64,000 nucleotides of DNA from Candidatus Magasanikbacteria bacterium GW2011_GWA2_37_8 (lineage in GTDB: Bacteria; Patescibacteriota; Patescibacteriia; Magasanikbacterales; GWA2-37-8), in NCBI GenBank assembly GCA_000992085.1, contig LBTN01000012.1, positions 1,498 through 65,497 of the forward strand, given 5' to 3'. Positions 26,289 through 35,271 of this stretch are shown in pieces (within the stretch, counting starts at the first letter, position 1; each line of letters starts with the position of its first letter). The notes beneath the pieces were generated by a model, which was not told where the DNA came from, searched no databases, and saw only the letters and a program-made list of their open reading frames with translations. Both the position numbers and the translations under genes were made by a program.

Positions 26289-27001
26289 AGGTAGAATTTT
26301 GTTTGCCGGTTTATAATGAGGCCGCAATTTTAAAAGATAATGTTTTGCGTTTATTAGGTTTTGTTAAACAGCAAAATTTTTCTTTTGATTGGCAAATAGT
26401 TTTGATTGTTAATGGATCTAGTAAAGAATTTGAAGATTTAGCGAAGGGTATTTCGAATGATTTTGATAGCTTAATTAAAACAGTAATATATGCCGAGAAA
26501 GGTAAAGGGCGAGCAATAAAAAATTATGCTTTAGTATCGACAGCTGACGTTTTTGTTTATATGGACGCAGATTTGGCTGTGGCCTTAACTGATTTGCCTA
26601 GTTTGGTTACGCCGTTATTAAATAACGAAGCCGATTTAGTAATGGGGTCGCGGTTATTAAAAGGATCAAAAAAAGAGCGATCATTTTTTCGAGAGTTTAG
26701 TTCTTTAATATATATCTGGCTTTCTAAAATTATCCTTCGTCATAGTTTCTCCGATTTACAGTGTGGTTTTAAGGCAATTAATTTACAAAAATTCAAACAA
26801 ATAGTTCCTTTAATAAAAGATAATCAATGGTTTTTTGATACAGAATTGATTTATTTGTTTCAAAAAAATAATTGGCGAATTAAAGAAATACCAGTAGATT
26901 GGTCGGAAAATCGCTATCAAGCGCGAAGAAGTAAAATAAAAGTATTTAAAGATGGGTGGAGTTTTTTGAAGAAATTAGTTGAGTTAAGAGTGAGAAAATA
27001 A
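26285..27001 (+). CDS. Family 2 glycosyltransferase (polyprenol-phosphate sugar synthase-like)
   Basis: 238 aa. CLPVYNEA, DxD in YMDADLAV, QCGFKA motif. Confidence 0.8.
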   Translation: MKVEFCLPVYNEAAILKDNVLRLLGFVKQQNFSFDWQIVLIVNGSSKEFEDLAKGISNDFDSLIKTVIYAEKGKGRAIKNYALVSTADVFVYMDADLAVALTDLPSLVTPLLNNEADLVMGSRLLKGSKKERSFFREFSSLIYIWLSKIILRHSFSDLQCGFKAINLQKFKQIVPLIKDNQWFFDTELIYLFQKNNWRIKEIPVDWSENRYQARRSKIKVFKDGWSFLKKLVELRVRK

Positions 27002-27052
27002 ACTAAGTAGACCGGTTGACATCTGCTTAAAATCCAGTTACTCTATGTATCT

Positions 27053-28297
27053 ATGAATAAAATAGAAATAATGTCTCCAGCGGGGTCGTTTGCCTCGCTT
27101 AACGCTGCTATTAAAGCCGGTGCCAATTCCGTGTATTTTGGTATTTTACAGCTTAATATGCGCGCTCGTTCGGCCAATAATTTTAAAATAACCGATTTAT
27201 CAAAGATTGTTCGTATTTGTAAAAAGAATAATGTTAAAACGTATCTTACGGTTAATACTATTCTTTATGATAGTGATTTGGCGCTGATGAAAAAGATTTG
27301 TAAGGCAGCCAAGAAAAATGGCATAACGGCTATTATTGCTTCCGATATAGCTGCTTTGCAATATGCCAGCTCGATCGGTTTGGAAGTTCATATTTCCACC
27401 CAACAAAATGTAAGCAATATCGAGGCTGTTCGTTTTTTTTCTAAATTTGCCGATGTAGTTGTGTTGGCTCGTGAACTTAGTTTAAAACAAATAGAAAAAA
27501 TAATTGAACAAATAAAAAAAGAAAAAATTGTGGGGCCCAGTGGAAAGTTGATTAGAATCGAATTATTTGCCCACGGTGCGCTGTGCGTATCTATTTCTGG
27601 CAAATGTTATATGAGTTTAACCACGCAAAATGCTTCGGCTAATCGAGGAATTTGCAGGCAAAATTGTCGTCGAACTTATCGAGTAATTGATGAAGAAAAT
27701 GGAGACGAGTTGGTGTTGGATAATAAGTATATTATGTCGCCAAAAGATTTGTGTACGATTGGCTTTTTAGACAAATTGGTAAAAGCCGGTGTAAGCGTAT
27801 TTAAATTAGAAGGCCGAGGTCGTGCACCAGATTATGTTTATACTGTAACCAAATGTTATCACGAAGCGGTGGAGGCGGTAGAAAATAATGTATATACTAA
27901 AGAAAAAATTAGAGCTTGGACCGAACAATTAGAAAAAGTTTACAATCGTGGTTTGTGGCATGGTGGATACTATTTAGGTAAAAAACTTGGCGAGTGGAGC
28001 GGAGAGTATGGTTCTCATACTACTACTCAAAATGATTATATAGGGCGTGTTACTAATTTTTTTCGTAAAGCTGGCGTAGGGGAATTTGTTCTTGAAGCAG
28101 GTAATCTTAAACTCGGTGAAGAAATTTTAATTACCGGTGATACTACTGGCGCAGTAAAATGCAAAGTCGATGAAATGTTTGTAAACGACAAGCCAGCAAA
28201 GATAGCCAAGAAAGGTGATTTAATAACTTTCAAAACTCCCGATCGCATTCGTTTTAATGACAGGTTGTTTGTAATTCGGAATCGCAGTAAAAAGTAA
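27053..28297 (+). CDS. Peptidase U32 family protein
   Basis: 414 aa. N-terminal IEIMSPAGSFASLNAAIKAGANSVYFG, Cys-rich centre (CYMS...CRQNCRR), EGRGRAPDY. Confidence 0.8.
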   Translation: MNKIEIMSPAGSFASLNAAIKAGANSVYFGILQLNMRARSANNFKITDLSKIVRICKKNNVKTYLTVNTILYDSDLALMKKICKAAKKNGITAIIASDIAALQYASSIGLEVHISTQQNVSNIEAVRFFSKFADVVVLARELSLKQIEKIIEQIKKEKIVGPSGKLIRIELFAHGALCVSISGKCYMSLTTQNASANRGICRQNCRRTYRVIDEENGDELVLDNKYIMSPKDLCTIGFLDKLVKAGVSVFKLEGRGRAPDYVYTVTKCYHEAVEAVENNVYTKEKIRAWTEQLEKVYNRGLWHGGYYLGKKLGEWSGEYGSHTTTQNDYIGRVTNFFRKAGVGEFVLEAGNLKLGEEILITGDTTGAVKCKVDEMFVNDKPAKIAKKGDLITFKTPDRIRFNDRLFVIRNRSKK

Positions 28298-28373
28298 TAT
28301 TAAAAAACACCGTGTAATGGCCCGTACCCTGTATACTAGACACATTGTCTCATCTCGGGCAAAATAAAATCAT

Positions 28374-28634
28374 ATGTATAAACGCCACGACCAATCGTTC
28401 AAGGACGAGATCCTTGCAATAATAAAAAACGGCACAAAAGTGCCTGACGTTTGTGCTCAATATAATATGAGCACAAAAACAGTGTATGCCTGGCTTCGGG
28501 CTCAGGCGGATAATACTGGTACGAGTTCATTAGAGCTCGCTCGTCTTAGACGGGAAAACCAGGAATTAAAAGAAATTATCGGTATGTTCGCTCTTGAAAA
28601 AAAGCGAACGGAAAAAAATACGAAGAGCGCGTGA
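28374..28634 (+). CDS. IS3-family transposase OrfA (HTH)
   Basis: 86 aa. SFKDEILAIIKNGTKVPDVCAQYNMSTKTVYAWL followed by a leucine-zipper-like LARLRRENQELKE. Ends in the A-rich slippery region (A7G at 28597-28604). Confidence 0.75.
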   Translation: MYKRHDQSFKDEILAIIKNGTKVPDVCAQYNMSTKTVYAWLRAQADNTGTSSLELARLRRENQELKEIIGMFALEKKRTEKNTKSA

Positions 28635-29353
28635 ATATATGGCCAAAGTTAAAACCAAAACAGCATTGGCCAAAGAACTTGGTATTGCTCGCTCTTCTCT
28701 TTACTATCAACCCAAAAAGCCTGTTTCAGACGAAGAATTAAAAAAACAAATTATTGCTGTCATGACGGAACACCCAGCTTACGGCCACCGGCGGGTAGCT
28801 CTGGCACTAGGAAAAAACAAAAAACCAATTATTCGGGTAATGAAGGTTAATCACTTAAAACCAAAAATTCGTCGTGGCTGGAAGCCAACTAAGTCAGAAG
28901 ATTTAAACCGGCCAGAGACACGGGTAGAAAATGTTTTAAAAGTAGTTTATCCGGTTCGTCCGAATGTAATTTGGGCCGGAGATTTCACTTACCTCTGGTT
29001 TGTTGATCGATTCTGGTATGTAGCAACAGTAATTGATATTTACACGAGAGAAATTGTCGGTTGGCATATTGCCAACCATCACACGACCACGCTCACACCA
29101 AGTCACACCATCGCATAGTCGTAAATCCAGTCCTTGGCAGAACGGTTTCCAAGAATCTTTTTATTCACAGTTTAAATTGGAATTAGGTAATCTTAATCGT
29201 TTTAATCACATTGGCGAACTAATTGAGGCTGTGCATCAACAAATTGCTTACTACAATTTTCGTCGTATCCACTCGGTTCTAAAAATGCCGCCAGTACTTT
29301 TCAAAGAAAAATATTTACAAAAAAATACCACTTACATGGTATTAACAACTTAA
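28594..29353 (+). pseudogene. IS3-family transposase OrfB (DDE integrase core), disrupted
   Basis: Two overlapping fragments in different frames (28594-29118, 29033-29353). N-fragment has HPAYGHRRV...WAGDFTYL...YVATVIDIYTREIVGW (first D region). C-fragment has SPWQNGFQESFYSQFKLE...YYNFRRIHS (E region). The middle HSD(R/Q)G-type segment is missing. Confidence 0.7.
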
Positions 29354-29464
29354 TTTATTTACTCATCCGAATGAGAAAGAGTGTCTAAAATTTGGGGTAC
29401 TTGCCACGAGGGTTCGCGCAATTTCCTTGGTCGTTATTGTCCGAAAAAAGCTCTTGTGTTAACT

Positions 29465-29539
29465 TGGTAGCCCCAACGGGAATCGAACCCGTGTTTTCTC
29501 ATTGAAAGCGAGATATCCTAACCATTAGATGATGGGGCC
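29465..29539 (-). tRNA. tRNA-Glu (UUC), CCA encoded
   Basis: Reverse complement GGCCCCATCATCTAATGGTTAGGATATCTCGCTTTCAATGAGAAAACACGGGTTCGATTCCCGTTGGGGCTACCA. Anticodon loop CTTTCAA, T arm ACGGG-TTCGATT-CCCGT. Confidence 0.9.
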
Positions 29540-29606
29540 TTTAATTATGTTGATCATTATAAAACATTTTTTTAATTAAGTCAATGCCCTTTATTTTTTT
29601 AAATAA

Positions 29607-29637
29607 AAAATCCCCAAAGTATTCTTGTGGGGATTTT
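29607..29637 (-). terminator. Intrinsic terminator downstream of hup
   Basis: aaaatcccca / tggggatttt stem. On the minus strand it is followed by a T-run. Confidence 0.55.
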
Positions 29638-29643
29638 TGTTAT

Positions 29644-29922
29644 TTATGCTTTTAGAGCATCTTTTAAAGCCTTTCCAGCCTTGAATTTTGGTACAGTTAC
29701 AGCTGGGATTTGGATTTTTTGAGAAGGATTTTGTGGGTTGACGCCAACGCGGCCAGCACGTTTCTTGGCACTAAAAGCGCCGAAACCAGTTAATACTACT
29801 TCTCCACCCTTTTTTAATTCAGCAGTTACTACATCAGTAAAAGTGTTTAACATTTCTTCAGCTTCACGCTTGGAAACATTTAATTTTTCTGCCAAAACTT
29901 GGGATAATTCAGCTTTGTTCAT
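29644..29922 (-). CDS. hup: DNA-binding protein HU
   Basis: 92 aa. MNKAEL...GFGAFSAKKRAGRVGVNPQNP...IPAVTVPKFKAGKALKDA, the canonical HU/IHF fold signature. Confidence 0.9.
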   Translation of the reverse strand: MNKAELSQVLAEKLNVSKREAEEMLNTFTDVVTAELKKGGEVVLTGFGAFSAKKRAGRVGVNPQNPSQKIQIPAVTVPKFKAGKALKDALKA

Positions 29923-30078
29923 AGTGTCACCCCCTTCCGATTGGAGTTTGTCATATATTTTTGTTTATGTTTAACTATTTTTAGTATATCACAATCAGAT
30001 TTTTTTGGCTAGGTTGACAAAAAGTTTATCCACAGTGTACCACGTTGGGTACACTGCAAGCAGTAAGAGGGTGGAAGG

Positions 30079-31608
30079 TTATCTAGCGTATTCTACCACG
30101 CGAGTTTCGCGAATAATAGTAACGCGAATTTCACCTGGATATTGTAATTCTTCTTCAATCTTGTGTGCAATATCTTTGGCTAGTTGGAAGGCATTGTAGT
30201 CGTCTACTTCGTTTGGTTTTACAAACACGCGTACTTCTCGTCCAGCTTGAATAGCATAAACTTTTTCAATGCCAGGGAAGCCACTAGCAGTTTTTTCTAA
30301 TTCTTCTAAACGAGCTACAAAGTGTTCGAAGGTGTCTTTGCGAGCACCCATTCTGGCGCCAGAGATTGCATCAGCCGCTTTAACTACAGTAGCATAAATG
30401 CTTTGTGGGTGGTCAAGGTGGTGGTCACGAGCAGCTTGGGCAACGTCTTCGTCCATATTGAATTTTTTGAGAATGGTATAGCCAATTTCTGGGTGAGAGC
30501 CTTGGGTTTCTTGATCAACGGCTTTACCAATATCATGGAAGAAACCGCATTTGCGAGCTTTGGCTTCTTCGAGTCCAAGTTCAGCAGCAATAATACCAGA
30601 AAGGTAAGCCACTTCCATAGAATGGTTGATAATATTTTGGCCATAGCTGGTGCGATATTTTAATCGGCCAACAATGTTTACTAATTTTGGATCAATGCCA
30701 GTAATCCCAATTTTGTACAAAGCTTCTTCGCCAGCTTTTTTAATATCCAAAGATAAATCTTGTTTAGCTTTGTCAACAAATTCTTCAATACGAGCAGGTT
30801 GAATACGGCCATCGGCCATTAATTTTTCTAATGCCAATCTGGCTACCTCACGACGAATAGGCGAGAAGCTAGAAATCATAATTGATTCTGGAGTATCGTC
30901 GATAACCAATTCGCAACCAGTTAATTTTTCGATCGTTTTAATGTTGCGACCTTCTTTCCCAATAATACGCCCCTTCATTTCTTCGCTTGGCAAATTAACA
31001 ATAGACGAAGTGGTTTCGGCAGCATGAGAAGAAGCAGTGCGTTGGATGGCGTCGATAACAATCTCTCGAGCTTTGTCTTCAAATTTGTCGGAAGACTCTC
31101 GTTCTAATTTCATTATTCTTGCCATCAAGTCGGTTTTGCTTTCTTCTTCTACCATTCCCAAAAGTTCGATTTTGGCTTCTTCTTTAGAAAGGTTGGCGAT
31201 AGCTTGTAATTTTTCGCCTTCTTGAATTTTGATTTGTTCGATTTCTAGTTTGATTTGTTTTACGCGATCTACTTTTTCTTGTAGTTTGGTTTGGTTTTCT
31301 TGAAATTCTATTAATTTTTGATCAAACATGCTTTCGCGACGCTCTAAACGTTGTTGGGCGGCATGAGCTTCTTGGCGAAGTTGTTTTTCTTCACGTTTAG
31401 CTTCGTCGATAATTTTTACGGCTTTTTCTTTGGCGTCTAAAACATACTCTTGTTGTTTGGTTTTGGCTTCGGCTAAAATACGGTCGGCCTTAGCTTCGAT
31501 TGAATTGGCTTGGGCCTGGGCAAGTTTTTTTCGTAAAAAATAGCCAGCCACAAAGCCAAGTGGTAAAGCAATAACGCCAGTAATTGCTAGGTAGATAATG
31601 TTGTCCAT
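30079..31608 (-). CDS. rny: Ribonuclease Y
   Basis: 509 aa. N-terminal TM, long coiled coil, KH domain (IGKEGRNIKT), HD domain (GFFHDIGKA...HH). Confidence 0.9.
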   Translation of the reverse strand: MDNIIYLAITGVIALPLGFVAGYFLRKKLAQAQANSIEAKADRILAEAKTKQQEYVLDAKEKAVKIIDEAKREEKQLRQEAHAAQQRLERRESMFDQKLIEFQENQTKLQEKVDRVKQIKLEIEQIKIQEGEKLQAIANLSKEEAKIELLGMVEEESKTDLMARIMKLERESSDKFEDKAREIVIDAIQRTASSHAAETTSSIVNLPSEEMKGRIIGKEGRNIKTIEKLTGCELVIDDTPESIMISSFSPIRREVARLALEKLMADGRIQPARIEEFVDKAKQDLSLDIKKAGEEALYKIGITGIDPKLVNIVGRLKYRTSYGQNIINHSMEVAYLSGIIAAELGLEEAKARKCGFFHDIGKAVDQETQGSHPEIGYTILKKFNMDEDVAQAARDHHLDHPQSIYATVVKAADAISGARMGARKDTFEHFVARLEELEKTASGFPGIEKVYAIQAGREVRVFVKPNEVDDYNAFQLAKDIAHKIEEELQYPGEIRVTIIRETRVVEYAR

Positions 31609-31931
31609 AAAAAAATACCATCGGAATCATCCGGGTATTGTTATTTGATTGAATTAGGGCGAAGAAGCAAAAAATTAGGCGAAGATCTTTTCTAATGACA
31701 AAATTAGCGCGGTTTTGGCGTTAAAGATGTTGTTTTTTAGAGAAAGAAAAGCCATATTTTAGAGTAATTTTGCGTCTTTCGAATCCTAGTCAATCAGAGT
31801 GCTGGGCAGGTCTAGAAATAGTTATGCCGAGCTAACAAAACCGGTGGAATCCGTTAAATGTTAATTGCCTTAACTTGAGGATTAAGGTGAATATATAATA
31901 GCACAAAATGGTTTGGGTGTCAAGGATCTGT

Positions 31932-31960
31932 CTTGACAAAATCCGTACATTCATATATAA
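31932..31960 (+). promoter_or_regulatory. Putative rpsB-tsf promoter
   Basis: TTGACA (31932-31937), 17-nt spacer, TATAAT (31955-31960), about 100 nt upstream of the rpsB ATG. Confidence 0.5.
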
Positions 31961-32061
31961 TTTCAACACTTTAATCACTCACTCGCCATTTTTTTCCTCC
32001 CTAGGACCACTCTTGGGGTGAGGCGAGGAGGCAATAAACCCGAAAGGGTTATAAGGAAAAT

Positions 32062-32919
32062 ATGACTGAGTTACCTACACTCATGGAAATGCTGAAGGCC
32101 GGTGTTCATTTTGGCCATCAGAATTCTCGTTGGCACCCAAAAATGCAACCATATTTATTTGGTTTGCGCAATGGTGTGCATATTATTAATTTGGAAAGCA
32201 CCCAAGAACAATTGGCAAAGGCTTTGGAATATGTAAAAACCCTGTCCAGCAAAGGCAAGGTTATTTTATTTGTTGGTATTAAGCGTCAAGCTCAACCAGT
32301 TATCAAGGCTGCCGCCGAAAGTTGTGGTATGCCATATTCTACAGAACGTTGGATTGGTGGATTACTTACTAACTTTAGCGAAGTAAAACAACGTCTAAAA
32401 AAATACAACACTTTAAAACAAGAAGTGGCTAGTGGTGAGGTAGAAAAATATACCAAAAAAGAACAATTAGATATTAAAAAAGATATTGCCAACATGGATA
32501 GATATTTGGGTGGTTTGGCCAATATCGATCGTTTGCCTGATGCTATGTTTGTGGCCGATATGCGTATATCTAAAACTGCAGTAGCCGAGGCTGAACGTAT
32601 GGGTGTGCCAATTGTGGGCGTGTGCGATAGTAATGTTAACCCAGAAAAAGCCGATTATGTTATTCCTGCCAACGACGACGCTGTAAACTCTATTAAATTA
32701 ATTGCTGATTTATTAGCCGAAGCTGTTAACGAAGGAAAAGCTATTTGGGAAAAGAATAAATTAGCGATTGATAAAGAAGTTAAAAAAGCAGCTGTTGCTC
32801 GTCCAGAAATTAGTGAAGAAAAAATGGCCGGCAAATCTTCTTTGGTAAAAGCAGTAGCTAAAAAAGCTGCGCCAAAAACTGCCGAACGTCGTCCAATGAA
32901 AGTTTCTGAATCAATTTAA
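32062..32919 (+). CDS. rpsB: 30S ribosomal protein S2 (with Lys/Ala-rich C-terminal extension)
   Basis: 285 aa. MLKAGVHFGHQNSRWHPKM, FVGIKRQA, ERWIGGLLTN. Confidence 0.95.
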   Translation: MTELPTLMEMLKAGVHFGHQNSRWHPKMQPYLFGLRNGVHIINLESTQEQLAKALEYVKTLSSKGKVILFVGIKRQAQPVIKAAAESCGMPYSTERWIGGLLTNFSEVKQRLKKYNTLKQEVASGEVEKYTKKEQLDIKKDIANMDRYLGGLANIDRLPDAMFVADMRISKTAVAEAERMGVPIVGVCDSNVNPEKADYVIPANDDAVNSIKLIADLLAEAVNEGKAIWEKNKLAIDKEVKKAAVARPEISEEKMAGKSSLVKAVAKKAAPKTAERRPMKVSESI

Positions 32920-32951
32920 TATCTTCAAATAATTTATTTATCTTCAAAAAT

Positions 32952-33824
32952 ATGTCTATCACAACAGCGGATATATCAAAACTTAGAACTTCTACTGGTG
33001 CTGGTATGATGGATTGCAAGAATGCTTTGGAGGAAGCGGGTGGCGATATGGAAAAAGCCGCAGATATTCTGCGCAAAAAAGGAATTGTTAAAGCAGCTAA
33101 ACGAGCCGACAAAGTTGCTTCTGAAGGCAAGGTGGCAAGTTACATTACCCCTGATGCTAAAATCGGAGCCATTGTCGAAATTAATTCCGAAACCGATTTT
33201 GCGTCTAAAAGCGAAGATTTTGTTACTTTTGCTAGTGCTGTAGCCGAAACTATTGTAAAAGATAATCCAACTGATGTAGTTGCTTTATCTACATTAATGT
33301 TAAGTACTGGTAAAACTGTAGCTGATGCCATTAGCGACTTAACCATTAAAATTGGTGAAAAAATTAGTATTCGTCGATTTGTCCGATACGAATCTACTGG
33401 CACAGTAGTATCATATTTGCATGGTGCCAAAATTGGTATCTTGGTAGATATGGAAGGTGGCGACAAAGAATTAGGAATGGACGTGGCTATGCAAATTGCA
33501 GCTGCTAATCCAAAATCGGTTGGTCGCGAAGGAGTAGATGCTACTTTAATCGAAAAAGAACGTGAAATTTTTGCCGAACAACTTCGCCAACAAGGCAAAC
33601 CAGAAAATATTATCGAAAATATCTTAAAAGGTAAGATGGATAAATTTTATGGTGAAGTTTGTTTGCTTGAGCAGCCTTTTATCAAGAATGAAGAAATTAC
33701 TATTCAAAAGTTGGTAGAAGATAAGGGGGCAAAAGTAAACCGTTTTGTTCGTTACGAATTAGGTGAGGGAATCGAAAAACAAGAAAAAGATTTTGCTGCC
33801 GAAGTGGCCGAACAAATGCAATAA
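32952..33824 (+). CDS. tsf: Elongation factor Ts
   Basis: 290 aa. LRTSTGAGMMDCKNALEEAGGDMEKAADILRKKG (UBA-like N-terminus), INSETDFASK. Confidence 0.95.
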   Translation: MSITTADISKLRTSTGAGMMDCKNALEEAGGDMEKAADILRKKGIVKAAKRADKVASEGKVASYITPDAKIGAIVEINSETDFASKSEDFVTFASAVAETIVKDNPTDVVALSTLMLSTGKTVADAISDLTIKIGEKISIRRFVRYESTGTVVSYLHGAKIGILVDMEGGDKELGMDVAMQIAAANPKSVGREGVDATLIEKEREIFAEQLRQQGKPENIIENILKGKMDKFYGEVCLLEQPFIKNEEITIQKLVEDKGAKVNRFVRYELGEGIEKQEKDFAAEVAEQMQ

Positions 33825-33838
33825 AAATTGAATATACA

Positions 33839-33877
33839 AATACCCCCGACATTTATATGTTGGGGGTATTGTTTTTT
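33839..33877 (+). terminator. Intrinsic terminator after tsf
   Basis: aataccccc / gggggtatt 9-bp stem followed by gtttttt. Confidence 0.65.
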
Positions 33878-33906
33878 ATGGTTATTTACGTTAAAATATA
33901 TGCACT

Positions 33907-35121
33907 ATGATTAAATTAACTGTATTAAATAAAAGAGTTGGCCCCATTCGTGGTCGACATCCGTGGGTGTTTTCGGGGGCTTTAAAAAGTATTCCCGAAG
34001 GATTAGAAAGTGGTATGCCAGTTCATTTGGTAGATGAACAGGGTAAATTTTTAGCACAAGGATATTTTAATTCGTATTCACAGATTGCGGTGCGACTTTG
34101 GAGTTGGGAAGAATCCGAAGAAGTAAACCCAAGTTTTTTTGAAAACAGAATAAAAGCTGCTTGGGAGTTGCGACATAGTTTGGTAGAAAACAAAAAAACC
34201 AATGCCTTCCGAGTGATAAATAGTGAAAATGATTTGTTGCCAGGATTGGTAGTAGACAAATATGCTAATTATTTATCGGTGCAATTTCATACAGTAGGTT
34301 TAGAATTTTGGCGAGAACAAATTGTGGATGCTTTGGTTGGTATTGTTAAGCCAAAGGGAATTTTTGAACGTACTGATAACAAGAAAAATATCCGAGAAAA
34401 ATCTACAAATAATTTAGAAGATGATGCGGCACGATTATTGTATGGGAAAATGCCAGAAAAAATTGAAATTTTAGAAAATGGTTACAAATTTTTAGTAGAT
34501 ATTAAAGGTGGTCAAAAAACTGGTTTCTTTTTAGATCAACGCGACAAGCGCTCTGCTTTAGAAAAATATGTTAAAGGTAAAAGCGTTTTAAATTGTTATT
34601 CTTATACGGGTGGTTTTAGTGTTTATGCCTTGGGTGCCGGAGCAAAAAGAGTAGTAAGTGTAGATGTATCCGAAAAGGCATTAGAACTCGCCGAGGAAAA
34701 TATTAAATTAAATAAATCAGAAGAAAACAAAGCCGAATTTATTGGTGCTGATGTAAAAGCGTATTTAACTGGTTTAAGCGAAAATGACCCAGAATTAGGG
34801 AAAAATGATTTCTCAGTAATAATTTTGGATCCACCAGCCTTTGTTAAAGATCGACACAAAATTCGTGAAGGTTTGCAAGGTTACCGCAATATTAACGAAT
34901 TAGCTTTACGACTTTTGCCGCCAAATGGAATTTTGGTTACCGCTTCTTGTTCGGCTCATGTGTCGTTGGCAGATTTTAGATATATGTTATCGGAAGCTGC
35001 TGGTAGGGCAGGGCGAACAGTACAAATTTTAGAAACTTATACACACGGGATTGATCACCCAGAATTAGTAGCGTTTACTGAGGGAGAGTATTTAAAGTGT
35101 TTGTTTGCCTTAGTAAAGTAA
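33907..35121 (+). CDS. Class I SAM-dependent rRNA methyltransferase (RlmI/RlmK-like, PUA + MTase)
   Basis: 404 aa. N-terminal GRHPWVFSGAL (PUA-like), QKTGFFLDQR, SAM motif VLNCYSYTGGFS, IILDPPAF. Confidence 0.7.
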   Translation: MIKLTVLNKRVGPIRGRHPWVFSGALKSIPEGLESGMPVHLVDEQGKFLAQGYFNSYSQIAVRLWSWEESEEVNPSFFENRIKAAWELRHSLVENKKTNAFRVINSENDLLPGLVVDKYANYLSVQFHTVGLEFWREQIVDALVGIVKPKGIFERTDNKKNIREKSTNNLEDDAARLLYGKMPEKIEILENGYKFLVDIKGGQKTGFFLDQRDKRSALEKYVKGKSVLNCYSYTGGFSVYALGAGAKRVVSVDVSEKALELAEENIKLNKSEENKAEFIGADVKAYLTGLSENDPELGKNDFSVIILDPPAFVKDRHKIREGLQGYRNINELALRLLPPNGILVTASCSAHVSLADFRYMLSEAAGRAGRTVQILETYTHGIDHPELVAFTEGEYLKCLFALVK

Positions 35122-35271
35122 ATTGGATATACTAGTATAGCAACTTATATGTTTAATTATTTTTTTGCTTTTCTCGGCTGCGAAGCCTCGGGGATGAAAC
35201 CTGTGGGTTTCATAACCCGCTAAAAAATAATTAAACGTATAAATTAAAACTTAAATTTTAAATTTATTTTT

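Larger units (their letters stand above)
28318..29406 (+). mobile_element. Decayed IS3-family insertion sequence (about 1.09 kb, internally deleted)
   Basis: Imperfect terminal inverted repeats 28318-28353 / 29371-29406, both starting TGG, 26/36 matches by my alignment. orfA (HTH) plus an orfB broken into two frames. No flanking direct repeat seen. Confidence 0.7.

Noticed and set aside
31780-31840. gtgctgggcaggtctagaaatag looked vaguely like the SRP RNA domain IV (..CAGGUC.GGAA..AGCAG..).
   Set aside because: The symmetric and asymmetric loop motifs and the closing helix are not reproduced. The similarity is too weak to call without a covariance-model scan.
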